A stretch of 64,000 nt of DNA from Octopus bimaculoides (GCF_001194135.2 NC_069001.1:39149835-39213834); one strand, 5' to 3'. Positions 23,955-38,955 are shown, numbered from the stretch's first letter. Notes: generated by a model from the letters alone, not told the origin. Numbers and translations are program-made.

Positions 23955-24560
23955 TAATAGTTAACGCAAAGTAGCTGCCCCTAGCTTCCACTACGTTCTC
24001 AGGAGGGCTCCGGATCCTTCTGCATACTTTCCTCACTGTGTTCCTGGACGATCTTCCAGTAGCTCCTTGATCTTCGTAACCAGTTTGGCCTTACTGTTGG
24101 AGATAGAGCGGTCGATGTCTGCCTTAACCGCGCCCCAATTTCAATCGGGGAATTATTAGGCTGGAAAATGGGGATGGTGAAATCGTAGAAATACCCGACA
24201 TTCCCTTTTAACTCTGCCAAGTAACCGAATGCTGCTGTCAATCGTTCTGGTTTCCCAGCAGCAACCTTTTTACCACAGACTTCAACAGCTGCACTGAATC
24301 GTGTTTGAATTGAGCCTGACGCTTTGTTCATAAGTTGTTGGAGGAATTGCGGCGTACACATACAATCAGAACACCTGCTGTGTCCCTTCCTGCAGGCCAT
24401 GGCTTCGTAAACTGTTGCAGCTGTCCATGTCGCATCTCACAGGCTTTACGATGTTAACAAACATTGAACAGCATTTTGATAGCCGTTGCCAATCATTGTG
24501 GTAAAGTAACTCTTTCTCAATATTCAGATGGCTTCCAGTCCTCCATCTCAACTAACTTCT
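23955..24560 (-). mobile_element. Tc1/mariner-superfamily transposase relic (maT/DD37D-like)
   Basis: Frameshifted KKVAAGKP ... FYDFTIPIFQPNNSP ... WGAVKADIDRSISNSKAKLVTKIKELLED ... RKVCRRIR...NVVEARGSYF, matching the WPPNSPDLNP.DY.VWG.V ... V.A.GGYFE C-terminus. Subfamily assignment is tentative. Confidence 0.8.
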
Positions 24561-24663
24561 TCTCAACTACAACTTTAGTCTTTATGCTCTCCAACGCCAC
24601 AGCTTGATGTATCCAACGATGGTGCAGTTGTTATTAATAATAATAACAATGATGATAATAATA

Positions 24664-25642
24664 ATCCTTTCTAGTATAGGCACAAAGCCTGACATTTTGG
24701 CGGAGGTGGGGGGGGGGTCTAGTCGATTTCACCGACTCCTGTACTTGACTGTTACTAGTTTTATCAACTCTAAAAGAGATGAGAGGTAAGGTCGACCTCG
24801 GTGGGGTTCGAACTTAGACCGTAAAGACGGATGAAATCTTGTTGACCATTTCTTCCGGCGTAGTAATGATTCTGCCAGCAAAGCTGCTTTCAAGATCGAT
24901 CTCCTTCAGAAGCCCAACTCCAGGAAGTTTTTGCTATTTGGATCAGTTATTCGGAATCAATTCTTGACTGATTTTAAAAATTTATTTTATCGGTTTCTGA
25001 ATGATGGAAGACAAAGTTAACCACAGTGTAATTTGAACTCAGGACCTAAGGATCTCAATACATACTGCAAGCCATTTTGTCCTATGCTCTGACCCCTCTC
25101 TTAATCTGCCCTAATAAAAGTAATTATGAATTTCTTTATATAAACTATTTCAAGTTAAGGCGCAATAATATAGTAAGGCCAGTAATTTAGTAGGGAGGGG
25201 ATTCTTTGATTACACCCTACGTAGTATTTGATTGTTGCTTGGACACGCAGAGGATTCGATCTCTGAAGTTAAGAACCAGAACAAATACGGTAATTTCTTT
25301 TTGCGACGTTTAAAGGTTCTACCATTTGGATGTCTCAGTTTCTAATTGATTGATTTAACGTAGCCCATGGTGTGAACTTTTCTTATCGATTCCAGGACGA
25401 TAAAATCCGAAGGCCACACTAGTGGGGCTTGAACTCAAAACACAGTGGAACATAAACAGGATACTTGAAGATGTTTTCTCGGGCCTTTTTACTGACTTAG
25501 CCACGGCACGGATGGAAATGAGATCCTCGTTAACGTGATTTAGTTCTATATTTCATTCAGAAGTTTGTATGGATTTAGTGCCATTTATTTGACCAAATTT
25601 AGATTGTTATGTATCCAAACATTAAAAAAATCTCCGTTTCAG

Positions 25643-25673
<31 letters not shown>

Positions 25674-25901
25674 ACACAGCATATATATACACCAATTTAG
25701 ATATTGTTGTAGTAAGGGAGCGACACTTTAATACAATCCCAAGTGGCTATCCCCCTTTATCCCCACAAATCATTCCCAGAAGGATAAAGGTCTCTGTAAA
25801 GCAGTGATGGAGAAGGCTTTCAGATGCTAAACTTGGAAACAAAATATCTTCCCAAAATATCATATTTTAAAGAAAACTTTTATCTAAATATTTGCTTGAG
25901 A

Positions 25902-25945
<44 letters not shown>

Positions 25946-26600
25946 ACGCTCCAATGAGAGGATCATCTAAAAGAAATAAATACTATCAATGCGATAATAA
26001 TATCGGTGTTGTATAACAACATTCACCATATGTTGATTTTCTGTTAGGGTTTCAATTCCAGGTTGAATAAATTCGATATCAGCTTAGCTGAAAATCGTTT
26101 CGTCATTGCCTGTTGCATTAGAAGATTTTTCCTCTTTGCCACAATTTCCATCTCCCTCTCTTACTCTCTCTGAGAGATATTCTCAATCCTAAGTATTTGA
26201 TTGATATCTATTTTATCGATCTCCTGAAGACTGCAACGCAAAGTTCACCTCAGCCGTATTTGAACTCGGAACGTAATCACAACAACATTAAAACATCAGT
26301 GCTTTACCGTTTCTTGCAAATTATCATAGAAAACAGATTAGTTTCAAATTTAGGCACAAAGCCAGTAATTTCAAGGAGAGATTAAATCGTTTACATTGGC
26401 CCCAGTGTTTTATTGGTACTTATTTTTCGATCCTAAAATATGAAAGGCAAAGTCTACCTCGGCTGAATTTGAACTCTGAATGTAAAGACTGACGAAATGC
26501 TGCTTAGTATTTTTCCCGGCACGCTAGCGACTACGCCAGCTCGCCACTCTATCACAGATGACATATTGATTTCAAATATTGGTACAAGGCTACCAAGGTC
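24664..26600 (-). mobile_element. cluster of at least six co-oriented SINE family A copies/remnants
   Basis: Copies at about 24664-24889, 24981-25085, 25160-25290, 25375-25500, 26195-26320 and 26335-26553, plus a tail near 26570-26600. Most carry (TT)GAACTC, the reverse complement of the B box. Confidence 0.75.
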
Positions 26601-27966
26601 CAATATTGGCGTGGTGGCTCTTATGGTCTTCCCGTACGGTATTTCATGGGCATTTCTAAAACTACACTTTTTGTCAACCAAACGAAGATTTTAGTCATGT
26701 TTGTTAGGGGGATAAAATCGGTTCCAGAAAATGACATGTATAAGGGGCGTACCTAAAGTAACCTTCTAGTTTCATAAAATTAACAATTTTAATCAAGCGA
26801 CTTTAAAACAGGAACATCTATCTATCTGTCTATCTGTCTGTCTGTCTGTCTGTCTGTCTCCACTTATGTTTTGAGGAATCATTGATGTGTTCCTTGTGTC
26901 TCAGACTATTGTGGTACGTTGTCCATCATTTAAAACAGAAAACAGAGGGATCCGCGATGGCCCATTTCCAAACGACTAAGAGAGGGCCAGGATATATTGC
27001 AAGAGCCATGTTAGGAACTGTGCTGGATCTGAGAATTGTCATAAATAAGGATGCATTATTCCACGTCCGTATTCCGGAAATAGCAACAATCACAGAGAGG
27101 TGCATCGGTGTAGATTTCAAGAATATTCGGTAAAAGAGAACAAAGAGATCGTGCTAGTTCCCTGCAGGACATTTATTCAGTGCAAGGAGCTGTGATACAC
27201 CAATGAAATTCAAGGAGTCCTCCTGTGTAATTTCTGCAGTAAAGCGGGGAAGTTGCGAACCTGCGACCATTTCCCCCACCATTTCCTCAACCACTTTTAC
27301 ATCACAGCTACACATCTCTTCCTTGATGTATTTGTATTTATTAACAATTAACCCTGTCACACCACCGAATCCTAGGCCTTTAGATAACTTCTCTTGATAC
27401 TCCGCCATCGTTCCTCTTTGAGTCTTGCTAATAGTCCTGCACGTTAGTCAGGATGTTCTGTTACGCATCTTTCACATTAGCATCACAAAGAGACGGTTGG
27501 CTTTCGTAAATTTCCTCTTTTCTTATATACAGACGACACACAATAAAGAAACACCCGTGAAATGTGTTAGCAGCCACAATCCGCCCAGCTTCTGGTCTGT
27601 CAGCAATTTTACATCAAGTTATGTCTCCAAGACTGGCGAATATCGGAGAATAACTGGAATGTCCAAGCCGTGTTATGGCACCAATAGTTTTCATTTCTGA
27701 TCCAAGACTGGTTATTTCCTAAATGACCCTGGAATGTCATGCACACCACAACAACTCTTCACGAAAATATCAGATCGAAGAAAAGTAAAGCTAACTTTCC
27801 TGTAATTTTAGTCTTTCACCAGTTTTGGCCCTACGACTGCGGCCATGCTACCGCATCCTCATATCTAATAATAAATGTATGACGTTAAACTTCTTAATTA
27901 ATGCATATTTATGAAGTTGATGCCTCGCTAGAAATAACAGCCACATATATTACAGTAATTGTCTGA

Positions 27967-28018
<52 letters not shown>

Positions 28019-28049
28019 TCGCATTCCAAATATGCCCACCGTGTACATG

Positions 28050-28191
28050 ATAGTCACGTGATTTCAGGTTCAATCCCACTGCGTGGCACCTTGGCAAAAT
28101 GTCTTCTATTATAGTTTTGGGCCGACCATTACCTTCTGATTGAATTTCGTAGACTGAAACTGTGTGGAAGCCCATCATCATCATCTCTTTC

Positions 28192-28250
<59 letters not shown>

Positions 28251-28453
28251 NNNNNNNNNNNNNNNNNNNNNNNNNNNNNNNNNNNNNNNNNNNNNNNNNN
28301 NNNNNNNNNNNNNNNNNNNNNNNNNNNNNNNNNNNNNNNNNNNNNNNNNNNNNNNNNNNNNNNNNNNNNNNNNNNNNNNNNNNNNNNNNNNNNNNNNNNN
28401 NNNNNNNNNNNNNNNNNNNNNNNNNNNNNNNNNNNNNNNNNNNNNNNNNNNNN

Positions 28454-28499
<46 letters not shown>

Positions 28500-28750
28500 G
28501 TGTGTGCTACGTGGGTGTATGTGAACGTGTGTATACGTGTCTCTGTAATTGTCCCCTACCGTTATTTGACAACCGGTGTTGATATATTTCTGTCCCAGTA
28601 ACTTAGCGTTTCAGCAAGAGGGATCCGAAAGAAATGACTCCCAGACTTTAAAAATTAATTCTGGGGGTCGATTTGTTCTGCTGACGCCTTCAGGGCAGTG
28701 CCCTAGCAAAGGCCACTCTCCGACGATTGAAACTAGACACAGATTAAAAG
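28050..28750 (+). mobile_element. SINE family B spanning an expanded central microsatellite and a gap
   Basis: The 5' half (GGTTCAATCCCACTGCGTGGCACCTTGG) lies before (CT)n, the N-gap and (TA)n. The 3' half (TTGACAACCGGTGTTG...GTAACTTAGCG...GGGGTCGATTTG) lies after. Confidence 0.8.
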
Positions 28751-30273
28751 CGGTATCTATATATATACATATATATACATATATCTATGCACACATGTAA
28801 TATAAACACACGGAAAGAAATATTTATGGATAATAATAATAATGAGAAATAATAATAATGGTTGTCGAAAATTTAAAAATGATGAAGCAGGTGGAGATAC
28901 AATAGATTATGAATATAGATATATATAGATATGTGGGTGTATAAAGTGTGCGTATAACTGCTGGTAGGCTTCTATGTGTGAGCATGCGTGCGTGTTTGAG
29001 TGTGTCTATGTGTGTGTGCTTAATTTATGCACGTCTCTCTCTCTATATATGTAATGTGTGCGCGAGCACACATTACATACATACAGACAACACACGTGTT
29101 GACAGATGTGTTGTTTGAAGTATATGCGCACTTTGCATGTGTATCTGCATGCATATGCTGGATGCGTGTGCACTTGCAAACGCCTGCATCGATAGATGCA
29201 CATAGACGTCACTGCTGGTTTGTATGCATGTATGCAAGTGTACATGCATGTAAGCGTGCATGCACAGGGCCAGGATGTGCAGCTATAAATGCTCATAACT
29301 CTTGCGTACACGTGTCGGTCTTCAAACGAATGCATGCTGTGCTTTGCGCGCGCGCGTGTGCATTTCTGCGTGGGAGTGCACCCCTGCTGTGTGCATCTGT
29401 AGATGTGCATATGCTCATGTTGTGTGCACGGGAAGGTATTTTAAACGTATGTGTTGAAATTGTCCTGCATGCACGTGTGCGTTTTGTGGAAGAAGAACAG
29501 AATTCTGACGCATGTATGCATAGTTCGGCGTATATACAATGTTTGTGTCTGCAATGTAATATGAGTGTATATAGACGCCAGTGTACGAGTGTATATTTAC
29601 ATTGTGAATAATGAACTAATGTGTTTGTGGTTGCTCATATTTGTATGCAGACATCTATGCACAAATGTATATATAATGCGTATATATATATAGCTGTGTA
29701 AAAATGCTTGCGTGTGTATATATATATATATGTATATATATATATAGATAGATAGATAGATACACAAACACACACACTCACACACACACGCAAATAAGTG
29801 CGAAGTATTGTGTGAATATATTCCTGGATTCAAGCAAAACAAAGTTGAAGAACGATGGAATACCGAAGCAACAGATAGTCAAGGGACACACAGACACACA
29901 TGCACGCAATATGTATACACGCATATATGCATACACATACTCATGTAAATGCATACATACACACACACACATATATATGTATATACACATTTCTGTATCT
30001 ATATAAACATATATGTATAAGCAGATGGATATATATATGTATGTATGTATGTATATATACGCACACACACACACGTGTGTTATTTGTCGATGTTTGGATA
30101 AATAAACACATGATTCGGCAGAGAACGGGTGAGTTTCCAGTCACATGGATGCTATTGTGAATTAATGTATATTTAGAAAATGTATTAAAATACATATATG
30201 TAGAGTGCGATGAATATATATGAATATATATATATATAAATACACACACCCGCATACATAAAATTGTATGTTT

Positions 30274-30319
<46 letters not shown>

Positions 30320-30325
30320 TGTGTG

Positions 30326-30360
<35 letters not shown>

Positions 30361-30746
30361 ACAGGTACACACACATTGACTTACAAGTCTTTAATCCAGT
30401 TGGTGGCATATTATGGTTGCAAAACGAAATGCATTAGTCTTACCAGCAATTACCAAATATATGATGGGTGTGTGTTCTGTGTGGGTGTATATATGCGTTC
30501 ATCAGCGTATAACTATTCCATGTACGTCTCTTAATTGTTTAGGGATATACTCACATTCATATATGCGTATATGGTTCGCCACCACCCCTTGCCGGAAACT
30601 CGTGGAGCTNNNNNNNNNNNNNNNNNNNNNNNNNNNNNNNNNNNNNNNNNNNNNNNNNNNNNNNNNNNNNNNNNNNNNNNNNNNNNNNNNNNNNNNNNNN
30701 NNNNNNNNNNNNNNNNNNNNNNNNGTTCTCTCAAACACTCACAAAG

Positions 30747-30810
30747 CTCGAGACCGCGATCCTACGACCGCGAGCCTGCTGCCCTAACCACTGGGCCATT
30801 GCGCCTCCAC
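30747..30810 (-). mobile_element. tRNA-derived SINE head fragment
   Basis: Reverse complement GTGGAGGCGCAATGGCCCAGTGGTTAGGGCAGCAGGCTCGCGGTCGTAGGATCGCGG has an A box and a TCG-like anticodon loop; truncated. Confidence 0.75.
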
Positions 30811-30868
30811 TATATATATATATAATGCATAGAGACATGTACATGTGTGAATACTTACATTCACATGG

Positions 30869-30914
<46 letters not shown>

Positions 30915-31689
30915 ATATATATGTATATATGTATGTATGTATGTCCATACACATGCAAACTTTTATACGTACGCAAATAGCTATAGAAACACAGACCTTC
31001 ACGCGGATGCATATGTACAGGAAAACAAACACATAAACACACATCTGTATTTACACATATATGCGTGAATAAGCACGTACACGTATACCTACAGATATTC
31101 ATACATACCAACGTATAAGATACACAAGCATGAGCACACTTGCAGCCATTGATACACATATACACTCATATGCACATACACGACAACCAAACTGATGCCA
31201 ACACCAAAAGAGCGTTGTTTCTTTCTTGGAGACAGTATTTTCTCTGTTGAGAAATTTCGCGACTATAATCAGAACACTCACACACACACACTCACACACA
31301 CACACACGTACGTATGGATAACAAAGATGGATGTCTGTATGGCTGGATGGATGCGAGACAAGCAAGCAGGTAACATTGGTACTACTTGTTAATATTTGTC
31401 GAGATAGAAAAAGGCTGTTCTCCAGCGTCTTTTGCAACGCCCGCCGCTGCACACCAGCAGCAGCAGCTGCTTAGCATCCAGTTGACGAGCCTGTCCAATG
31501 CTGTAATACTACTGCTTCTATGCAGTAGTAGCGCAGCTGGAGTGCAGTAGGAGTTTCTCTCCACATTACCTTTCAATATTATTTCATTTGTCTGTCAACG
31601 TCTTCATCTGCACATCTTCGCACAAGCGCACACACGCACACACCTGTACTCTCGTATTTAGGATTGTGTTTATTCACGTGATTCTACTA

Positions 31690-31732
<43 letters not shown>

Positions 31733-31822
31733 TACATGCGAATATAAATTTATACATACAGATATTTAGGCATATATACATACATACATAATTCTTTCTC
31801 TCTCTCTCTCTTTCTTTCTCTT

Positions 31823-32485
<663 letters not shown>

Positions 32486-34583
32486 CATAACGAATGCTTT
32501 TTCCTGCAGAAAAATAAAACTGCTTAAGTAAGAATTTTCTTAGACACAGCTCAGTAGCCTAGCGGTTCGGCATGAGCGAACGCCAATATAAGTAGCAGTC
32601 TTAAATGCAAGTACAGGAGTCGTTTTGTACGACAAAATCCTCCAAGGATTAAGGACGGTAATTGATCTACGAAAAGGGGAAAGGGTCAAATTGTTTGATA
32701 CATAGACAAACCCCTTTTCTGTGTAGAAGCCCTGATTTCCTATTTGTTACCCAGGGAACAGTGTTTTAGCGATTGTCGTTATTCTATTCTCTCTCTCTCT
32801 CTCTCTCTCTCTCCCTCCCTCCCTCTGTCCTCAAAGGGGTTATCAGATGTCAAACAACACCATCTGGTCAACTAATATTTCTTAAGTACAGCCATTACCA
32901 TTAAATGGTGGTCTCCATGACAACGAATACAGCATACATATAAAACACTTATATATTCGCATAATGCCACTTTTTATTATCATTATANNNNNNNNNNNNN
33001 NNNNNNNNNNNNNNNNNNNNNNNNNNNNNNNNNNNNNNNNNNNNNNNNNNNNNNNNNNNNNNNNNNNNNNNNNNNNNNNNNNNNNNNNNNNNNNNNNNNN
33101 NNNNNNNNNNNNNNNNNNNNNNNNNNNNNNNNNNNNNNNNNNNNNNNNNNNNNNNNNNNNNNNNNNNNNNNNNNNNNNNNNNNNNNNNNNNNNNNNNNNN
33201 NNNNNNNNNNNNNNNNNNNNNNNNNNNNNNNNNNNNNNNNNNNNNNNNNNNNNNNNNNNNNNNNNNNNNNNNNNNNNNNNNNNNNNNNNNNNNNNNNNNN
33301 NNNNNNNNNNNNNNNNNNNNNNNNNNNNNNNNNNNNNNNNNNNNNNNNNNNNNNNNNNNNNNNNNNNNNNNNNNNNNNNNNNNNNNNAAAACAAGGGAAG
33401 GGCGAATGTTTACGGCATACCGTTTCCTCCGTGGATTACAATTGTTTCAACAAATTAGGGTGACCAGTGAAGCAGCAGGTTTATTGATATTTAAGGATGA
33501 CGACGACCTCGTCATGAACCTCATGTGCTCTCTGCTACAAAGTGGCAATTACAGTTCTGATGAACTGATCGAAATAAAGCAATAAACATTCGGCTGATCA
33601 CTTAGGTGAAAAACCATTCAGTTTTAATTAAAGGAGTTGGTGCCGAAGTTCGTGATGTCGGCAGGAAGACGGAAGTTTGTTCAATGGCTTTGTGGTAAAC
33701 ATCTGAATTCATTAATCCCTACTCACTATATGTATATATATACGTGTGTGTGCGTGTGTGTGTGTGTGTATCTATGAACCTCATGCCACTGATGGCACTG
33801 GTGCTGTTTCCTTGTTTAAAGAATTAATCTGATCGCTCCGCTGGGAGGAATTCTTTAAACGAACGATCACTAATACTATAATCTGCTTCCTGTCAGAGGG
33901 AATAATCTAATATTTCTTCTCTACATTATGTGTTGCATACATACATGCATGCATGCATACATACATACATACATACATACATACATACATACATGTATGT
34001 ATATATAAAAGCGTGTATGTGTTTGTTTTTGTGGGTTATATTAAATGCAATTTTACATTAAACTAACGAGTTAATATTTTTTTGAAGAGAGAAAATTTAT
34101 TATTCTTTAACAAGAATAGCGTTGACAGTGACATGTTTGTGTGTGTGTATAGGTATATGTAAGTACGCACACACACACACACACGTATGTAAATTCATAA
34201 GTGGTCACATGGTCTCATCACTGTTTGTTGATGTAATAAATTCTTGAAATTATGATGAATTGCATCCACCTAACAATAGTTTCGCAGGTGTTTACGTAAA
34301 CAACTGCAAGGCCTACTACTACTACTACTGCTGCCGCTGCTGCTGTTGCTGCAGCAGTGCAGCAGTACTTTTCCTCCTGCTGTAACAACACTTAGTGAAC
34401 TCCTGTACGATAAACATTGCAGGAGACTCCGCGCGAGTGCGTGGCGCGCATGCTTTCCTTCTTCCATACAGGGAAACAACCGCAGTAAAACAGGCCTTTT
34501 ACACCCACATAGGCATGCGAGACACACGCTCACTCTCCCTCTCACACACACATGAATGTGTGTGCATGTCTACATATTTATAG

Positions 34584-34638
<55 letters not shown>

Positions 34639-34729
34639 TGTATAAACATATACATGGGTATAATTATATANNNNNNNNNNNNNNNNNNNNNNNNNNNNNN
34701 NNNNNNNNNNNNNNNNNNNNNNNNNNNNA

Positions 34730-35075
34730 TAATGGTTTCAAACTTTGGGGAAGGGGATGAGTCGATTACCTCGACCCCTGCATTTAACTGGTACTTATCC
34801 GAAAGGAAGAAAGCCCAAATCAACATCGGCGGAATTTGAAATCAAGAATAGTAATAATAGGGATTATTACGAAGTGGATTAGTATTAACTTTAATTCTTC
34901 ATATATATATATATATATATATACACGGCTTTACATAAACCTAACTGAGATCTAACCGGTAAACGTTTGGAGTAATCCCTTACTATTCACATACACACAC
35001 ACACACAAACACACACCGAGGTCGACTTTGCCTTTCATCCTTTCGGGGTCGATTAAATAAGTACCAGTTACGCAT
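34730..35075. mobile_element. two SINE family A fragments (minus 34730-34840, plus ~35016-35075)
   Basis: GAGTCGATTACCTCGACCCC...TGGTACTTA on the minus piece; CCGAGGTCGACTTTGCCTTTCATCCTTTCGGGGTCG on the plus piece. Confidence 0.8.
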
Positions 35076-35417
35076 AAGATTGTAGATATGTTGATGCCTT
35101 TTAATGTTGCGCTTAGGCATAGCCTTATAAATTACTCGGTTTTATAACATTATCCTTCTGAATAAAACTGTAGTCAAGTACGGTGTGTGATATAAAATTA
35201 AATAAATGACAAGGTCCGGGAATTTATGCAGTGAATTTCATTAGTTTACAGTTGATTTTACTTTAAAATGCAGTGCGCTCAGAACTGTGTATTTGTGTAT
35301 CATCAAATAGCAGAAACAGCTGTAACGTAACGAAATTCATCGCGCAATTTCCTCTTCGCTTGTCATTAATTTTCTTTCATATATCCATGTGTATAAAGGT
35401 AGATGCATACACAAACA

Positions 35418-35466
<49 letters not shown>

Positions 35467-36321
35467 CATAAAGTGGAGAACAAACTTTCATAAGTAATAT
35501 TTTCTTTATCAAAATTCATATACAGTATCCAGCCAATCTTAAATATAAATCGTGAGAATACGAAATCCATAGATGTAGATTCATGAGAACTTTTAGGTGT
35601 CAGGCATTCCAATACTACAAGTCAACGATGAAGTTAGATGAGCAGTGGTATATAATAACGTATGTATCCTTACGATCGTTTCAGGATTTTGTGTTTGTAT
35701 ATGTAAGCATGTAGAAAATGTAACACAACCACCCTAACTGATGTTCCGACTATTCCTCCAATACACTTTAATGGACTTTCCCTTTATTTTTTGGCTGCAG
35801 AAGAAAGAAAAGTATATTTGACTTTGACGGAATTTGAACTCCGAAGGCAAAGTACTGGAATAAAATACCGCAAGGCCGTTTTTTTTTCTTTGACGTTGCA
35901 CCGAATCGTTTAATTCTCTTTGGGAAGAATTTGCTTCTTGAATGCTTGGGGCCTGACTCTAAGAATAAATACCAATCATATACTTAGGGACCAGTACAAC
36001 CAATATCGCTAACTACATTTTCCTCAAATTGTGTGGTGATGTACCTGGGGGAAAAACCATTCTGGTGGCTTTGACGGAAAGTTAATCTTATTACTATAAT
36101 GTACCACACACACATACATGGTTGCGTATGTGGGTGAATGTATGCATCTATATATATATATAAGCGTTTACACATACACATAAATATATATAAACGGCCA
36201 TGCGCAATGTGTAACTATAAGCGAAAATGTATAATTGTCACTAAACGCATCTAAGGGTGTCCAGACACATTGCTAGAAATAAGAGCTCAAATGCTCTAAT
36301 GCTGTAAGAAAAGCACATAAA

Positions 36322-36375
<54 letters not shown>

Positions 36376-37208
36376 CGTACATGGTGATACTCCAGCATGA
36401 CTGCAGCCGCATGGCTGAAAAGAATAAAAGAATATGAAATATATTTGTAGATTTATGGACAATGTAGTGACTCCTAATATAAACATCAGATCTTTATACC
36501 CGAAATGTTGGTGGTTAGGAAAAGAAAGAACGAAGATAAGTGATTTGAAGAGAGTTTAAGAAAGGAAGTAAAGTATTGAATATGGAGAGAAGAAACGAAA
36601 TTCTTAGAATGGATTGTTTCCATAGGTTTATTCCATATTTAAGTGAAAAGATTTAACTCTTTGCTTAACGCTTTCAGATATTATCGATAAATTCTAGTCT
36701 AAGATATTGCAGGCAACAAAGCATATGAAGAAAGGTAAAGAAAACCGAAGCTGATTGAGAAAGTAGAAGTTAGTTAAGTGAGCAAGGCGTATCTAATAAT
36801 CATGTTAAATTGATGTTAAAATTAATTAACTGACTGAAAGCAGTTCCACTAAGGTGCCAAATGCTGTTAACGAACTTGAAACAAACGTCTAATATCTGAG
36901 AGATTTCTATTGATTTTTCTTCTCGTCTTTCTCCCTCAAATATTCAATACTGTAAGCATAATTGATTCAAAATCTTCCATTAACCTAAACCCAACCTAGT
37001 TTTATGATTTCATTCCGTCGTCTCTCTCTCTGTACACAAAGTGAAAATATGTTCATCAAAGGCGTCAAAGCGAAACTCCGATAAACTCTGCACTTCTTTC
37101 TCCTGCTTTCAGGGTCCATAAAATACCAGTCAATTGCTGGGATCGAATGCGCTGGCCATTGTGCCTGAATTAAATGCCATTGTTATTGCTATGATAAATA
37201 TTGTGACT

Positions 37209-37421
37209 GAGGTGGCGAGCTAGCGGAAACGTTAGCGCGACGGACAAAATACTTAACGGCGTTTCGTCCGTCTGTACGCTCTAAGTTCAAATTCCACCGA
37301 GGTCAACTTTGCCTATCATCTTTTTGGGGTCAATAAAGTAAGTACCAGTTGAGCACTGGGGTTGATGTAATCGACTTACCACTCTCCCAAAACTGCTGGT
37401 CTCGAGCCAAAATTGGAAGCC
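37209..37421 (+). mobile_element. SINE family A, near full length
   Basis: GGTGGCGAGCTAGCGGAAACGTTAG ... AAGTTCAAATTCCACCGAGGTCAAC ... GTACCAGTTGAGCACTGGGG. Confidence 0.9.
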
Positions 37422-38309
37422 CTTCTTCTTCTTTCAATTTTGTTTCCTTGTCTTGCCGATTGCCATCCCGACACCAAGGGCAAAGAAACTCACTATATAC
37501 ATTGATAGCCATCAAAATAAACATACCAGATTGTTCATTTACAAAATCGAATGAAGTCATGTAGAAAAAATTTATTTACATAGAAAAATAATCGTTCTCG
37601 TATCGAGAATACTCTTCTCAATACGTGTGACGAGCACCGGATGTCGTTACGTAAGTAAAACGTTAATGTTCCAAACAGCAGTACACAGCTAATTCTTTGT
37701 TTTATATTTCTCATTTTGTCCTGCTCTGGTGTTTTGCGAAATTTTTTCTGGAGAACATTATTTTTCTTTGTGGTTGGGTAGTTGATGACCTCTTTCTAGC
37801 ATATTGGATGTCCACATAGTGGTCATCCCTTATATACGTGTAATACAATTTTTTCTGAATTTTGAGAATTTTTTTTTATATGCTAGGCCACTTGGTTTTA
37901 AATTGAATTAACATTCAATTTATCACCCTATCTATATAAATAATAATAATATTAATAATAATAATAATAATAATATATATATATATATATATATATATTT
38001 CTATAGGAATAGAAATTATGTCAGGATTTTCATTGGCTTACAACTATTTCTACTGTAAGATGCAATGCACACATAGTTAAATGGTTGTGCATCATCCTAT
38101 TGCTTCATCGAAGCTTCAAATACCGCATGCAATTTTATTTGAGAAAGCATTTTACATTTATATGTATATATGTATACATAGGGAAGCACTACTCCTCAAA
38201 CACCTGCCTCCATTTCCTTCCTACGTTTATGCTTCTTTTTCGTTGGTAATGCTTCTCTGCGTATATTTATAAATGTAAATATATTCTCTAATTCAAGTGC
38301 CCTTCACGC

Positions 38310-38400
38310 TTGAAGCTCCGATGAAACTATACAATGATACACAAGCATTTAAATATGAGTGCATTGCACCTCGTAGCAGAAACAGCTGTAACCAAATTAA
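38310..38400 (+). repeat. dispersed repeat, possibly a PLE tail
   Basis: TAGCAGAAACAGCTGTAAC is identical at 35308-35326 and 38374-38392. Here it is preceded by CCGATGAAAC. Confidence 0.45.
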
Positions 38401-38915
38401 TTTCATGGCATAATTTCCAAATTGTTTGTCGTTTTAATTTCCTTCTCATTTACAACAATATTATGTGTATGTTGTATTTGTGTGAGCATTCAACCACGCC
38501 TACCACAACTCCTACTTCTGCTACAACTACCACCGCCACCATCACCTATACTTAAACACCACTATAAACGACATCATTAGCGCCACCACATCCCTACCAC
38601 TAATTAAACAGACAGTTAAACTAGCTTTATCATTGTTTCGAGAAATCAAAGATATTAAATGGAATAATCTCTAGCAGTCTTCACACAAACATATCGTAGA
38701 GTTGTTTCTGTTGTGGTTGTTGTTGCCGTTCTCGTGATGAGCATCAAATATAATTTACCTTGGCTTATTAGAACCAATTTTATATTCATTAGAATTCCAG
38801 CATCGCAGTTTAATTATCTAATTAGTATGTCATTTATATGCAATGTTTATAAATGAAGCGCGAAATAATAATGTCGAAATAGTTAAGTAATCCCGTTCAC
38901 AAATTTTATATTCCT

Positions 38916-38955
<40 letters not shown>

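Noticed and set aside
29027-29611. 194-aa ORF rich in C/V/H/A/M
   Set aside because: The composition is that of degenerate TG/CA/TGCA simple repeats.
31424-31550. PolyQ/polyA exon candidates (also 34290-34380)
   Set aside because: Explained by CAG/GCT/ACT trinucleotide tracts; no convincing donor and no homology.
33814-33860. pre-miRNA-like hairpin
   Set aside because: Only a 12-14-bp AT-rich stem with a 23-nt loop, too short for Drosha processing. No known miRNA recognised.
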